Below, in pieces: positions 1 through 9,055 of a DNA stretch of 35,354 nt (the stretch's first letter is position 1; every line of letters starts with the position of its first letter). The position numbers and the translations under genes were made by a program. The stretch lies in the NCBI GenBank assembly GCA_045863395.1, contig BTVJ01000076.1, forward strand, positions 1 through 35,354, written 5' to 3'. The notes under the pieces were generated by a model. That model did not search any database. It worked only from the letters and a program-made list of their open reading frames with translations, and was not told where the DNA came from. The DNA is from Myxococcales bacterium. GTDB taxonomy: Bacteria > Myxococcota_A > UBA9042 > JABWCM01 > BTVJ01.

Positions 1-1
1 C

Positions 2-2491
2 TCCGGCTGCGCCCGCGCGAGTCCGATGAGTCGCCCCTCGCGCCGCCCGCCGTCGACAGGCCGTCCCCTGGGCGGGGAGACCGGAGGGGTCCGCGTTGCG
101 GCGGCGGAGCTGGCGCGCCAGCTCCAGGAGGGGGGCGCCCGTGCGGACGGCGTCGAGGAGCGGGAGGGGAAGCGGCGACCGTGGGGGGATCCGTGGGCCC
201 CCGGCCCGGCCTGCCACGATGGCGCGGGCCAGCAGATACGGGCTCGCCTCGAGGAGCGGCTGGCTCATGGCCCGCGCGGGCTCCGGGTCTCCCCCGCCCA
301 GGGCGACGGAGGCCGCGCGCCCCAGCACGTCGGCCGCCGCCGCGGCGACTCGGGGGTAGCGGGCGCAGTCCTTCCACGCCCGCAGCAGGCGATCATGGAT
401 CGTCCGGAGCGTCCCGGCGTCCTTCAGCCTCGCCATGGCGGCCAGGGAGGCGGCCGCCGCGAGGCGGTCGCCGGCGGCCAGGTCCGCGATGCCCGCGGCC
501 TCACGCGCGAGCGCGGCGCGGGCCTCGTCTGCGCCCGCGTTGGCCGCGCCGACCAGCACAGCCACCAGCGCGGCGCGCTCCTCGGCGAGGAGCGGCTTGC
601 GGAGCATCGCCGCGGCGATGGTCGCGGCCTCCTCCAGGCGGCCCGCCCCCGCGAGCTCCCGCGCGGTGGCGACGCGCCGGGAGGCCGCGTGCTGGAAGCG
701 GGGGTCCGACACCGCGGCGTCAGCCCCCACGTCGGCGGCGAGCAGGCGGAAGGCGGCACGGGAGGCGGGCGCGGGGAGGACGTCCACCCCCGCGTCGTCC
801 ATGGGCAGGAGGGCGAGGGCGGCGTCGGCCACGGCGCGGGCGTCCGGGGATGCCGCCGTGGCGAGGGCTCGCACCAGGCGCGCGGCCGCGTCCAGCAGGG
901 CTGCGTCCTCCGCCGTCGCGGCGCGGAGGGACCGCAGGATCCACGAGCGCCGCCCACTCCAGGCGATGGCGCTGCCCTGCTCCAGAGCCTCCGCGGCGGC
1001 GTCCATGAGCGCCGCACCCAGGGCCGGGCCCGCTCCGCCCTCCTGGAGGGTCCGGTCCAGCACCTGGCGGCGGACTGCGCGGGCCTCCGCTGCCTCCGCG
1101 CTCCGGCCCGCCCGGTCCAGCAGCGCGGAGGCCAGGGCGGCGCTCTCCGCGGCCTCCAGACCCGAGGCGCCCGGCAGCGCGGCCCCCGTCGAGGCGAGGA
1201 CCTGGGTGGCGAGTGTCCCGATGGCGACTCCGGTCGGGCTGTCCCCGCCGGAGGCGATGAAGCGCGCCAGCGCGAGGACCTCCCGCTCGGTGGCCTCGCC
1301 GTCGGCCATCATCGCGGCCAGGGCCCGCGCATGCTCGTCGCCGTGCCCCAGGGCATGGAGGGCGGCAGCGCGAGCGTGGGGCTCCCCGTCGAGCAGCGCG
1401 TCCAGGGAGGGGGCGCCGGCGGCCTCCACGGAGGGCGCCTGCACGACGTGGGTGGTGGGCGACACGCCGAGCGCTGCGGCCTGGGACACGCGCCCGAGGC
1501 GCAGGAGCGCTGCGGCGCGCCGCGGGATCGCCAGTGGGTGGCGGCTCCACGGCTCCAGGGCCCGGAGGGCAGCCTCGTCATCTCCCTCGAAGGCCTCCAG
1601 GTCCGCTCGGATCAGCGAGGCATCCGGCCGCGTCGGGGCCAGCGCCACGGCCCGATCGAGGAGCGCCCGCGCTTCGTCGATGCGCCCTGCGGCCTCCGCC
1701 AGGTCCGCCCGCAGGAGGAGGCCGTCGAGCCATGGGCCCCCCAGAGCGGCCTCCACGGCGGCGATGGGCTCTTCGGCTGCCGGGTCGCCCAGCAGCGCAA
1801 GCTCGCAGGCTCGCTCCACGGCAGGGTCTTCGAGCGTCGTCGGGGCATGTGTCCCCGAGGTGGCATCCTCTGCGCGCCCACCGCTGGAGGCCTCCGGCGG
1901 GGCATGGCGTGCTCCGGCGGCGCTCACCGGGTCTGCATCGTCCCCTCGCGCGTCCCTGGCCGTGAGGCCCGCAAGCGCCGTCAGAGCCGGGTAGCGCCGC
2001 CGGAGGCGGCCCCAGCCCGCGACCGACCGCTCGCCGCGGAGCCAGGCGTCCGTCGCCCCCGCGTCTGCGAGCAGGGAGGCGAGCGCTCTGGCGCTCTCGG
2101 TGAGTGCTGACTCTGGGAGCCGGTGCCCTCCCCGGCGGCTCGCGATCTCGGCGTCGACGATGGCTGCCGCGGCCCCGAGGGCGCCCTCCGGGTCGGGCGC
2201 CGTTGCGATGCGGGCCGCGAGCCGGTCGAGGACCTCGTCGGGCCACGCGCCGAGCGCCTCGCGCAGCACGGCGATGGGGACGGCGGGAAGCTCCACCGGG
2301 CGGCTGGCCAGCTCTGCGTCGAAGCCAGCCGCCCGCAGCGCCCGGAAGACGCGGACGTCGGCGGGGCGGTCGCGCTCGTCGAGCCAGGCTCGGGCGAGGT
2401 CCCCCAGATCCGCCGGGTCGAGCGTCCCTCCGCCCCCCGACAGGGCGCTCCAGAGGCTGGCTACCCCGTCGAGGGTGCTCCAGTCAGGCTT
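2..2491 (-). CDS. Long Ala/Leu-rich helical (TPR-like) reading frame running off the window; probable -1 frameshift continuation of the 2461..3117 gene
   Basis: Absent from the ORF track because its stop lies outside the window. I found no in-frame stop from 2491 to 2 (830 codons). It reads KPDWSTLDGVASLWSAL..., with a TPR-like stretch LLLRADLAEAAGRIDEARALLDRAVALAPTRPDASLIRADLEAFEGDDEAALRALE at about 1550-1725. G/C-ending codons start right after the A10 run. There is no ATG near the 5' end; the first GTG is at 2296 and has no clear Shine-Dalgarno (SD). Confidence 0.8.
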
Positions 2492-2508
2492 TTTTTTTTG
2501 GCCGCCTC
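2457..2508 (-). other. Candidate -1 frameshift / transcriptional slippage signal (A10 run, upstream GAGG, downstream hairpin)
   Basis: The minus strand reads GAC GAG GCG GCC AAA AAA AAA AGC CTG ACT GG (T10 at 2490-2499 on +). GAGG lies at 2505-2508. After a 6-nt spacer comes a possible stem CUGG..ACCCU-CGAC-GGGGU..CCAG (2483-2457). Confidence 0.55.
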
Positions 2509-3117
2509 GTCGAGGGCGGTGGGGAGCGCGTCGAGGGGGAGCCCTTCGAGGGATCGTCCGAGGGCTTCGGCCAGCGCCGCCTCGCCCGCCGCGCCGTGGA
2601 GGCGCAGGAAGCGCTCCAGGGGAGCATCCAGGGGGCGCGCCGGGCGGGTCTCGGTGACCACGTCCCATGGGCGCCCATCGACGTCCAGCGCTGAAGGCAG
2701 GTCTGGCCGCAGGCGCGCTCGCCTGACCTGGACCGCGATCCCCGCGCCCCAAGGCGCCACCGCTCCCACGTCCTCCGAGGCGAGCCCCAGCGAGCGGGCG
2801 ATGGCCCCCACTCCCGGCAGCGGGCCCTGCTCCCGTGGCGCCAGGTGGAGCGTCCGCGACGCGGACGGGCGTGGAGGCAGGTCGAGGCGCCGGACGGCGA
2901 CGGTCACCGCACCGGTCGCGAGGGGAACCCGGAGCCGCACAGGTCCGCGACCCAGCCGCGCCGCGCCGCGGATACGCACCACCGTGCCCTCCCGCGCGGC
3001 GCGTACGTCGAGGAGGTCGTCGGCGCCGAGGCCGCAGGCGTCGTGCAGCGCGCGCGCCAGCACGCCGGCCGGCGCGGCGCAGTCCACGAGGAGCTCCGCC
3101 CTGTCTCCTTCAGACAT
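2461..3117 (-). CDS. 218-aa hypothetical protein with two putative DbpA-type RNA-binding (RRM-like) modules; N-terminal part of a frameshifted gene
   Basis: The ATG overlaps the upstream stop (ATGTCTGA, 3110-3117) after a G-rich SD. Segments PAGVLARALHDACGLGADDLLDV and PGVGAIARSLGLASEDVGAV...VQV...LDVDGRPWDV resemble the DbpA RNA-binding-domain pattern (by eye). The frame ends about 10 codons after the A10 run. Confidence 0.7.
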   Translation of the reverse strand: MSEGDRAELLVDCAAPAGVLARALHDACGLGADDLLDVRAAREGTVVRIRGAARLGRGPVRLRVPLATGAVTVAVRRLDLPPRPSASRTLHLAPREQGPLPGVGAIARSLGLASEDVGAVAPWGAGIAVQVRRARLRPDLPSALDVDGRPWDVVTETRPARPLDAPLERFLRLHGAAGEAALAEALGRSLEGLPLDALPTALDEAAKKKSLTGAPSTG

Positions 3118-5305
3118 TGGACCCCCCAGTCGCCACCTCGACGGGAGCCCTCACGCGGTAGCGCCGATCCCCCGGGGCGCCGCTGCCCGCGTCCACGCTG
3201 TCCACCGGGGCAAAGAGCTGGTCACCGGGCTTCAGGTCCGCGAGGCGCGCCCCCTCGGGGAGGTCGCCCGCGACCACGCGCACGTCGGAGGGGAAGGTCT
3301 CCCGCCCGCCCCGCGCTGGCGACTCGATGGACGCCCAGAGCGCACCCCGTCGCGGGACCACCTTCCGCACGCGCAAGGACAGCGAGGCCCCCGTACCGAT
3401 GCGGAAGCGTCCTTCAAGGTCCGTCACCCGACGGAGCCGCTCCTCCTCGGACCAGCCCGGGTCGACGGGGCCGTCCACCCAGTAGATGCGGAGGCCCCCC
3501 TTGCGCTTGAGGTCGTCATCTCCCCGCACGCGGGCGAACACGTCCCGGCCCTTCTTCAGGTCCGCCAGGTCCAGGTCCCCCGGCAGGTCGGCGCGCCGGA
3601 CCATCACGCGGATGTGCTTGTGCTCGTACCAGGACGGGGCCGGGTGGTCGACCGCCTCCGCCAGCGCAAACCCCTCGCCCGTGTAGACCACACGCAGCCG
3701 CAGGGGGCGCCCGCCCACTCCGATCTCGTCCTCGTGCTCCAGCAGGAGCTCGCGGCGCTGCCGCTCCAGTGCCGGGTGCGCCGCCACCCTCTGCCGCAGC
3801 TCCCGCGCTCGCTGCTGCAGCGGCCCGGCGGCGCCGGCCAGCGCCCGCAGCGCCTCGTCCACCTCCGGCAGCTCCCGCTCGGCGGCGAGCATGGCCTCTG
3901 CCCACCGCAGGCGGAGCGCGTCGTGTCCGCCGCCCGCGAAGCCCTCACGAAGCAGGTCGAGGGCCGCCTCCTCCCGACCAGCCTCTCTCAGCAGCGCCTC
4001 GCCGCGGTCCCAGAGCGCCGCGAGCCTCCGCAGGTCGCGCACGTGCACGAGCTGCCCCGTGACGTGCTCGGCGGCGGCGTCGGCGCCGAGGCGCGCGGTC
4101 AGGTGCGAGAGCCAGCGCCCGAGCTGCTCCTCGTCGAGGCGCGAGAAGGCGCCCCGGTTGGCCGCTGCCGCGGCAGCCCGCAGAGCCTCTGCCGGGATCT
4201 GCGGCTCCTCTCCGGTCGCCAATGCTGCAAGGGCGTGCTGCACCAAAGCGGAGGCGGGCTCCCGGCTGCGGGGCGAGCGGGTGACGTCGGCGACCAAGGC
4301 TTCCAGGAGCGCTCCCCGATCACCGGCCTTCTCCAGCGCCTTGCGCAGCGCCTTGTGGAGCCCACCCCGGTCGCTCGGGCGCGCGGACTGCGCGCGGGCC
4401 CGCAGAGGTTCCACGAGCGCCGCCCAGTCGGGCTTCTGAAGGACCCCGGCTCGCTCTGCGCCACGGAGCGCGCGCAGCAGCTCGCCGTCGGACAGCCGCC
4501 CTGGTGCCGCCAGGGAGATCAGAAGTTCCCGAGCCTCCTTGCGTGCGCCGTCGCCGGCCCCCTTGGCCTGGAGGCGGAGCAGGGCCACGTCGAGGCGCGT
4601 GGCCTCGATCTCGGGCGCTGCGCCGAATCTGTCCCCGAAGTCGGCGGCCAGGACGCGGAAGCGTGTCAGCGCTTCGTCCCGCACGCCCGCGTCGCTCCTC
4701 CCGGCGTGGGCGGCCACCAGCCGAAGTCGCGCGGCCGCGATGCCCACGTTCCAGGGGCGCTGCTCCAGAAAGCCGTCGAGGCGCGAGATGGCCGTCTCCA
4801 GCCGCCTCGCGAGCGCCTCGTCCTCCGGGTCTTCGGCCAGGGTGCAGAGCAGGCGAGCCCAGGCGCCGAACAGGCGGTCCCCGGCGAGGGGGCTCGTCGA
4901 CGCCGCCTCGCCCAAGTCCAGCATGCGCGCGCGCCTCTCATTTGGCGCGAGGTGACCTAGCTCGAGCAGCGCGGCGGCGATGGCCAGGTCGTCCGGGTCG
5001 TTGGCGACCCCTGCCGCCAGCAGTGGCGCTCCGGCGCGCCACAGCGCAGCGAGCCTGTCGTCGTCACGGTCCATGGCCGCCAGCCCGAGGATCAGCACCG
5101 CGAGGTTGTGCTCCACGTATGGCGAGACCACCCGGCCGGCGCCGACGTCGGCCTCCACGTCCGCGCGCAGGGCGCGTGCCAGGTCGAGGAGCTCGGCCGC
5201 CTCGGCCCCTGCTGCCGAGAGCGGCTCCAGCGCGGCCAGTGGGGAGAGCAGCGTGGCGCGGAGCGCGATGGGCTGTGCTCCTGCGTGTTCGTCGGCGTAT
5301 GGCAT
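3110..5305 (-). CDS. 731-aa hypothetical protein: helical/TPR-like body plus two C-terminal S1/OB-fold-like repeats
   Basis: Likely start MPYADEH at 5305; the ORF-track extension to 6160 is the rhomboid shadow. The body is Ala/Leu helical. The C-terminal repeats VMVRRADLPGDLDLADLKKGRDVFARV and VRVVAGDLPEGARLADLKPGDQLFAPV resemble each other and the S1-domain C-terminal pattern. Confidence 0.75.
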   Translation of the reverse strand: MPYADEHAGAQPIALRATLLSPLAALEPLSAAGAEAAELLDLARALRADVEADVGAGRVVSPYVEHNLAVLILGLAAMDRDDDRLAALWRAGAPLLAAGVANDPDDLAIAAALLELGHLAPNERRARMLDLGEAASTSPLAGDRLFGAWARLLCTLAEDPEDEALARRLETAISRLDGFLEQRPWNVGIAAARLRLVAAHAGRSDAGVRDEALTRFRVLAADFGDRFGAAPEIEATRLDVALLRLQAKGAGDGARKEARELLISLAAPGRLSDGELLRALRGAERAGVLQKPDWAALVEPLRARAQSARPSDRGGLHKALRKALEKAGDRGALLEALVADVTRSPRSREPASALVQHALAALATGEEPQIPAEALRAAAAAANRGAFSRLDEEQLGRWLSHLTARLGADAAAEHVTGQLVHVRDLRRLAALWDRGEALLREAGREEAALDLLREGFAGGGHDALRLRWAEAMLAAERELPEVDEALRALAGAAGPLQQRARELRQRVAAHPALERQRRELLLEHEDEIGVGGRPLRLRVVYTGEGFALAEAVDHPAPSWYEHKHIRVMVRRADLPGDLDLADLKKGRDVFARVRGDDDLKRKGGLRIYWVDGPVDPGWSEEERLRRVTDLEGRFRIGTGASLSLRVRKVVPRRGALWASIESPARGGRETFPSDVRVVAGDLPEGARLADLKPGDQLFAPVDSVDAGSGAPGDRRYRVRAPVEVATGGSNV

Positions 5306-5386
5306 GGCGGGGCCAACAGTAGCCCGACTCTCTCGCCCCGCGCAAGCCGCTCGACGGAGCCTCCTTCTGGAGCTAACGTGCGGGCC

Positions 5387-6121
5387 ATGTTTCCGCTCCG
5401 CGACGACATCGACACCCGCCGCACCCCCTGGGTCACCTGGGCCTTCATCGCGCTGAACGTGGCGGCCTTCCTCTGGGAGCTCACCCTGGGCGAGCGGCTC
5501 CACGACGCGTTCTACGACCTGGGCCTCGTCCCGGCCTTCTACTCCGATCCGCAGCTCTCCATGGACCTCACGGCCACCGAGCAGGTGCGCCCCTTCCTGA
5601 CCTCGATGTTCCTGCACGGGGGCTGGACCCACGTCATCGGCAACCTCTGGATGCTCTGGATCTTCGGCGACAACGTGGAGGACTACCTCGGGCACCTCCG
5701 CTTCGTCGTCTTCTACCTGGGCGCGGGGGTCCTGGCGGCCGTCGTCCACCTGGTCACCAACTGGGGCTCCACCGTACCGACCATCGGCGCCAGCGGCGCC
5801 ATCGCCGGGGTCATGGGGGCCTACTTCGTGCTCTACCCCAAGGCGCGGGTCCTCGCGGTGGTGCCCCTGTTCGTGATCCTGTGGCCGCTGGTGGTGCCCG
5901 CGGTGGTGTTCATCGGTCTGTGGTTCCTGCTCCAGTTCCTGAATGGGGCGTCGAGCCTCGTCGCAGGCATGGACGGGGGCGTCGCGTGGTGGGCGCACAT
6001 CGGCGGCTTCGTCGGTGGCATCCTCCTGCTCGGCCCACTGGGGCTCGGCCGCACGCGCCGCCAGCGCGCTGCCACCGGGTGGCCTGCGGGTCGCCTGGAG
6101 CGACGCCAGCGCTTCAGGTAG
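5387..6121 (+). CDS. Rhomboid family intramembrane serine protease
   Basis: Start MFPLRDD; motifs TSMFLHGGWTHVIGNLWML, FGDNVED, GASGAIAG (catalytic Ser) and WWAHIGGF (catalytic His); multiple transmembrane segments. Confidence 0.95.
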   Translation: MFPLRDDIDTRRTPWVTWAFIALNVAAFLWELTLGERLHDAFYDLGLVPAFYSDPQLSMDLTATEQVRPFLTSMFLHGGWTHVIGNLWMLWIFGDNVEDYLGHLRFVVFYLGAGVLAAVVHLVTNWGSTVPTIGASGAIAGVMGAYFVLYPKARVLAVVPLFVILWPLVVPAVVFIGLWFLLQFLNGASSLVAGMDGGVAWWAHIGGFVGGILLLGPLGLGRTRRQRAATGWPAGRLERRQRFR

Positions 6122-6327
6122 CGCGCCGTCAGGGCGAGTCCGGCTCCCGCCTCCTCTCACCGATCCTGCAATTCTCGCCCTCCGGGCCCACTTGTGTTAT
6201 GGAGGCGACAGGACTTTGAAACGCGGTGGACCCTCCGTTCGGGGGGCGACCCTTGTGGGCGTTGCGCCCGTGCGCCCAGGGCGGAGTGACGCCAGTGTTG
6301 GGGAAGGGCGAGAAAAGAGGAGCTTTC

Positions 6328-7638
6328 ATGCGAGGAAGACTCAGAGCGGCTCTGCTCGCGGCGTTGGTCGCCGTGTGCATCCCAACGGGCGCAAGCGCCC
6401 AGATCCCGAACCCGAGCCTGCACATCGGCCTCTTCGGTGGCTACCACATCATCAGCGAGGACGCGGACTTCGGAGACCACGGCCTCGTGCCCCAGCGCCG
6501 GCTCGAGAGCGCGCCGGACTTCGGCATCCGCATCGGCGTCAACTTCACGTGGCTGTTCGGCCTCGAGCTCGAGGTCGAGGACGCCATGGCCAACGTCGAC
6601 GTGCTGGACGAGACGGTCCACCTGATGAGCGGCAAGCTGCTCTTCGTGTTCCACTGGCTGGAGGACAGCAAGGTCGTCCTTCCCTACGCCCTCATCGGCG
6701 GCGGCATCTACGGGCTGCTTGGAGATGATCCGGGAACGGACGTCGACTGGCTCGCCACCTACGGCATCGGGGTCAAGTTCATGCTCGCCGACTGGGTGGC
6801 CTTCCGCATCCAGGCGACCCACGTGATCCACGGCGATGGCCTGGACCTGGCCATCGCCAACAACTTCGACGTCACCGGCGGCTTCGACTTCTTCGCCTGG
6901 GTGGGCCGAGAAGAGGAGCCGCCCCCGCCGGCCGACCGCGACAAGGACGGCATCCTCGACGTCGACGACCGCTGCCCTGACGATCCCGGCCTGTCCGCCT
7001 TCCGCGGCTGCCCCGATCGGGACAACGACGGCATCGCCGACCTCGACGACAAGTGCCCGGACGAGCCGGGCATCCAGTCCTTCCAGGGCTGCCCGGACAC
7101 GGACGGCGACGGCATCATCGACTCCAAGGACAAGTGCCCGAAGGAGGCCGGCCTGGCCGAGTTCGACGGCTGCCCGGATCGCGACGGCGACAAGATCCCG
7201 GACTACCAGGACAAGTGCCCCGACACCCCCGGCATCCCCGAGGAGATGGGCTGCCCGGCCAAGCCGAAGGAGGAGGTGATCAAGAAGTTCAGCGGTGCGA
7301 TGCGCGGCATCGTGTTCGACACGAACAAGGCGACGATCCGGAAGCAGAGCTACGGCATCCTCGACGAGGCCGTCGCAGTGCTGGCGGAGTTCCCGCACAT
7401 CTCGCTGATCATCGAGGGCCACACCGATGACCGGGGCTCCGACGCCAAGAACCTGAAGCTGAGCCAGGATCGTGCTGACTCGGTGAAGCAGTACCTGATG
7501 TCCAAGGGCATCGCCGGCGACCGCCTGACCGCCATCGGCCACGGCGAGGCGAAGCCCACCGCGACCAACAAGACCAACGCGGGACGGCAGGAGAACCGGC
7601 GCATCGAGTTCAAGATCGTCCAGCCCAACGTGCCCTAG
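6328..7638 (+). CDS. OmpA family protein: signal peptide, outer-membrane beta-barrel, thrombospondin type-3-like Asp/Cys repeats, OmpA-C peptidoglycan-binding domain
   Basis: SD GAGGAG before ATG 6328; signal peptide ending ASA; four DxDxDGIxDxxDxCP repeats; IEGHTDDRGSDAKNLKLSQDRA and GRQENRRIEF. Confidence 0.93.
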   Translation: MRGRLRAALLAALVAVCIPTGASAQIPNPSLHIGLFGGYHIISEDADFGDHGLVPQRRLESAPDFGIRIGVNFTWLFGLELEVEDAMANVDVLDETVHLMSGKLLFVFHWLEDSKVVLPYALIGGGIYGLLGDDPGTDVDWLATYGIGVKFMLADWVAFRIQATHVIHGDGLDLAIANNFDVTGGFDFFAWVGREEEPPPPADRDKDGILDVDDRCPDDPGLSAFRGCPDRDNDGIADLDDKCPDEPGIQSFQGCPDTDGDGIIDSKDKCPKEAGLAEFDGCPDRDGDKIPDYQDKCPDTPGIPEEMGCPAKPKEEVIKKFSGAMRGIVFDTNKATIRKQSYGILDEAVAVLAEFPHISLIIEGHTDDRGSDAKNLKLSQDRADSVKQYLMSKGIAGDRLTAIGHGEAKPTATNKTNAGRQENRRIEFKIVQPNVP

Positions 7639-7640
7639 CG

Positions 7641-7684
7641 GTGGGCGCCGGGGGAGGGGCTCGGCCTCTCCCCCGGGTGTCCAC
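7641..7684. terminator. Long GC-rich hairpin between convergent genes (possible bidirectional terminator or stabiliser, no U-tract)
   Basis: GTGGGCGCCGGGGGAGGGGC-TCG-GCCTCTCCCCCGGGTGTCCAC pairs over about 20 bp with G-U pairs and one bulge, and fills the gap between the two stop codons. Confidence 0.55.
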
Positions 7685-9045
7685 TACGCTCCGCGCTTGC
7701 CTCGGGGGGGCGCCGGCCCGCCGGCCCTCCCCGCCGCTGGCCCCCCGGTCCGTGGCGTGGCCGGCCCCGCTCGCCGCGGCGCCGCCTGCCTCCGTGGCCC
7801 GGCCCCGCCTCCCCTCACGGACTCGCTCCCCGCCCCCTCTGGTCGCCTCAGCCACACCAGGTGCTCCGGGCGCTCAGCGCCGTCCTCCCGCTGCGTCCCC
7901 ACCGGGGCCCGGTCTGGCCGGCTCTGGGAGGCGATGGCCACCGCGTCCAGGCCGGCCCTGGGCGCCAGCTCCTCGATGATCACCTGGCTGTCCACCAGGC
8001 GGTCACCCACCCGTGAGGTGCCGATGAGCAGGAGCGCGTGGCCCCCCCTCTGAAGCACCCGGGCCATCTCGGACAGCACCGCCAGCAGGTCGTCTCGCCA
8101 CGTTGCGATGGCCCGCTCCGGGTCGGTGGCCGCGCGCCGGCTGCCGATCTCGGTCTCCGCCGCCCGCCGCGTCCCGATGCCGAGCAGGCCCGAGCGGAGC
8201 GCCTGGTGGGCGAGGTAGTCATAGGTGCCCAGGTAGGGGGGCGACGTGACGATCAGGCGCACGGACTCGGGCCCGATGCCCCGGAGCCGTCGGGCATCCC
8301 CCTCCTGGATTCGCGGCGGGAACGCCCGCTCGGGTGCCGCGGCGGCGAGGGCGCCGAGCTGGGTCGCCAGCTCGCCCGCCCGCCGCACGAAGAAACGCGA
8401 CGTGAAGCCTCGGGCCAGGGAAGGCGGTGCGGCCGCGAGCTGCGAGTCCGCCGCCTGGTTGGACACCTTCACCAGCATGGAGGAGAGCGCCATCTCCAGC
8501 GCGTCCCGGACCCGGGAGCTCTCCACCGACGCGATGCCGGCGAGGAGGTTGGACAGCTCCCACCGGACATGGGGCTGGAACCAGCGCGCCTCGCTGGGGC
8601 GCGACAGGCGCTCCGAGCCAGGCGCGCGCCCCCGGGTGCGCGCCAGCTCGAGCGCAGCCTCGCCGACCCGCGTCGCCTCAGCGCGCAGCAGCTCCAGGTC
8701 GGCCTGGGGCCACAGCGCCGTCTTGATGCGCGCGATCCGCACGGCCAGCGGGTGCGCGTCGACCCCGAACCCCCGGCAGCCGGCCAGCAGGGCCTCGACG
8801 AGCACGGTGCCGCTCCCCACGAACGGGTCGAGCACCCGGTCCCCTGGGCGGGCGAGCGCCTGGATGAGCCGGGCGGCGATGTCTGGGTGCATGCGGGCCG
8901 GGTAGGCGTGGAAGGCGTGGGTCAGCCGCCGCCACTCCTCGCCGGTGGGGACGTCCAGCGCGCGCCGCAGCAGCGCGGTCTCCCGCTCGGGCCCCTTCGT
9001 GCGCACGGGTCCCCCCACCGTGCTCAGCGCCTGTCTTCGCCCCAT
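7684..9045 (-). CDS. Amino-type DNA methyltransferase (SPPY, N4-cytosine-like), orphan
   Basis: THAFHAYPARMHP; SAM-binding VLDPFVGSGT precedes catalytic IVTSPPY; EMARVLQRGG; basic low-complexity C-terminal tail. No restriction endonuclease is adjacent. Confidence 0.85.
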   Translation of the reverse strand: MGRRQALSTVGGPVRTKGPERETALLRRALDVPTGEEWRRLTHAFHAYPARMHPDIAARLIQALARPGDRVLDPFVGSGTVLVEALLAGCRGFGVDAHPLAVRIARIKTALWPQADLELLRAEATRVGEAALELARTRGRAPGSERLSRPSEARWFQPHVRWELSNLLAGIASVESSRVRDALEMALSSMLVKVSNQAADSQLAAAPPSLARGFTSRFFVRRAGELATQLGALAAAAPERAFPPRIQEGDARRLRGIGPESVRLIVTSPPYLGTYDYLAHQALRSGLLGIGTRRAAETEIGSRRAATDPERAIATWRDDLLAVLSEMARVLQRGGHALLLIGTSRVGDRLVDSQVIIEELAPRAGLDAVAIASQSRPDRAPVGTQREDGAERPEHLVWLRRPEGAGSESVRGGGAGPRRQAAPRRAGPATPRTGGPAAGRAGGPAPPRGKRGA

Positions 9046-9055
9046 GTGGTGGCCT

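Noticed and set aside
2..100. Possible second frameshift near the left edge, where another minus frame reads PVDGGRREGRLIGLARAQPE
   Set aside because: Both frames are open and there is too little sequence to decide.
26..4960. Long plus-strand ORFs 26..2110, 435..1994 and 2123..4960
   Set aside because: They are Arg/Gly/Ala/Ser-rich antisense shadows of the minus-strand genes with no recognisable motifs, as expected in high-GC DNA.
5306..6160. N-terminal 285 aa of the 1016-aa ORF 3110..6160
   Set aside because: This is the antisense of the rhomboid gene; protein-like sequence starts at MPYADEH (5305).
6930..7260. Regularly spaced repeats that might suggest a CRISPR array
   Set aside because: They are degenerate in-frame TSP3-like coding repeats within the OmpA gene; there are no unique spacers and no cas genes.
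7684..9045. Restriction-modification or defence island around the methyltransferase
   Set aside because: No nuclease, specificity subunit, mobility gene or obvious compositional shift nearby.
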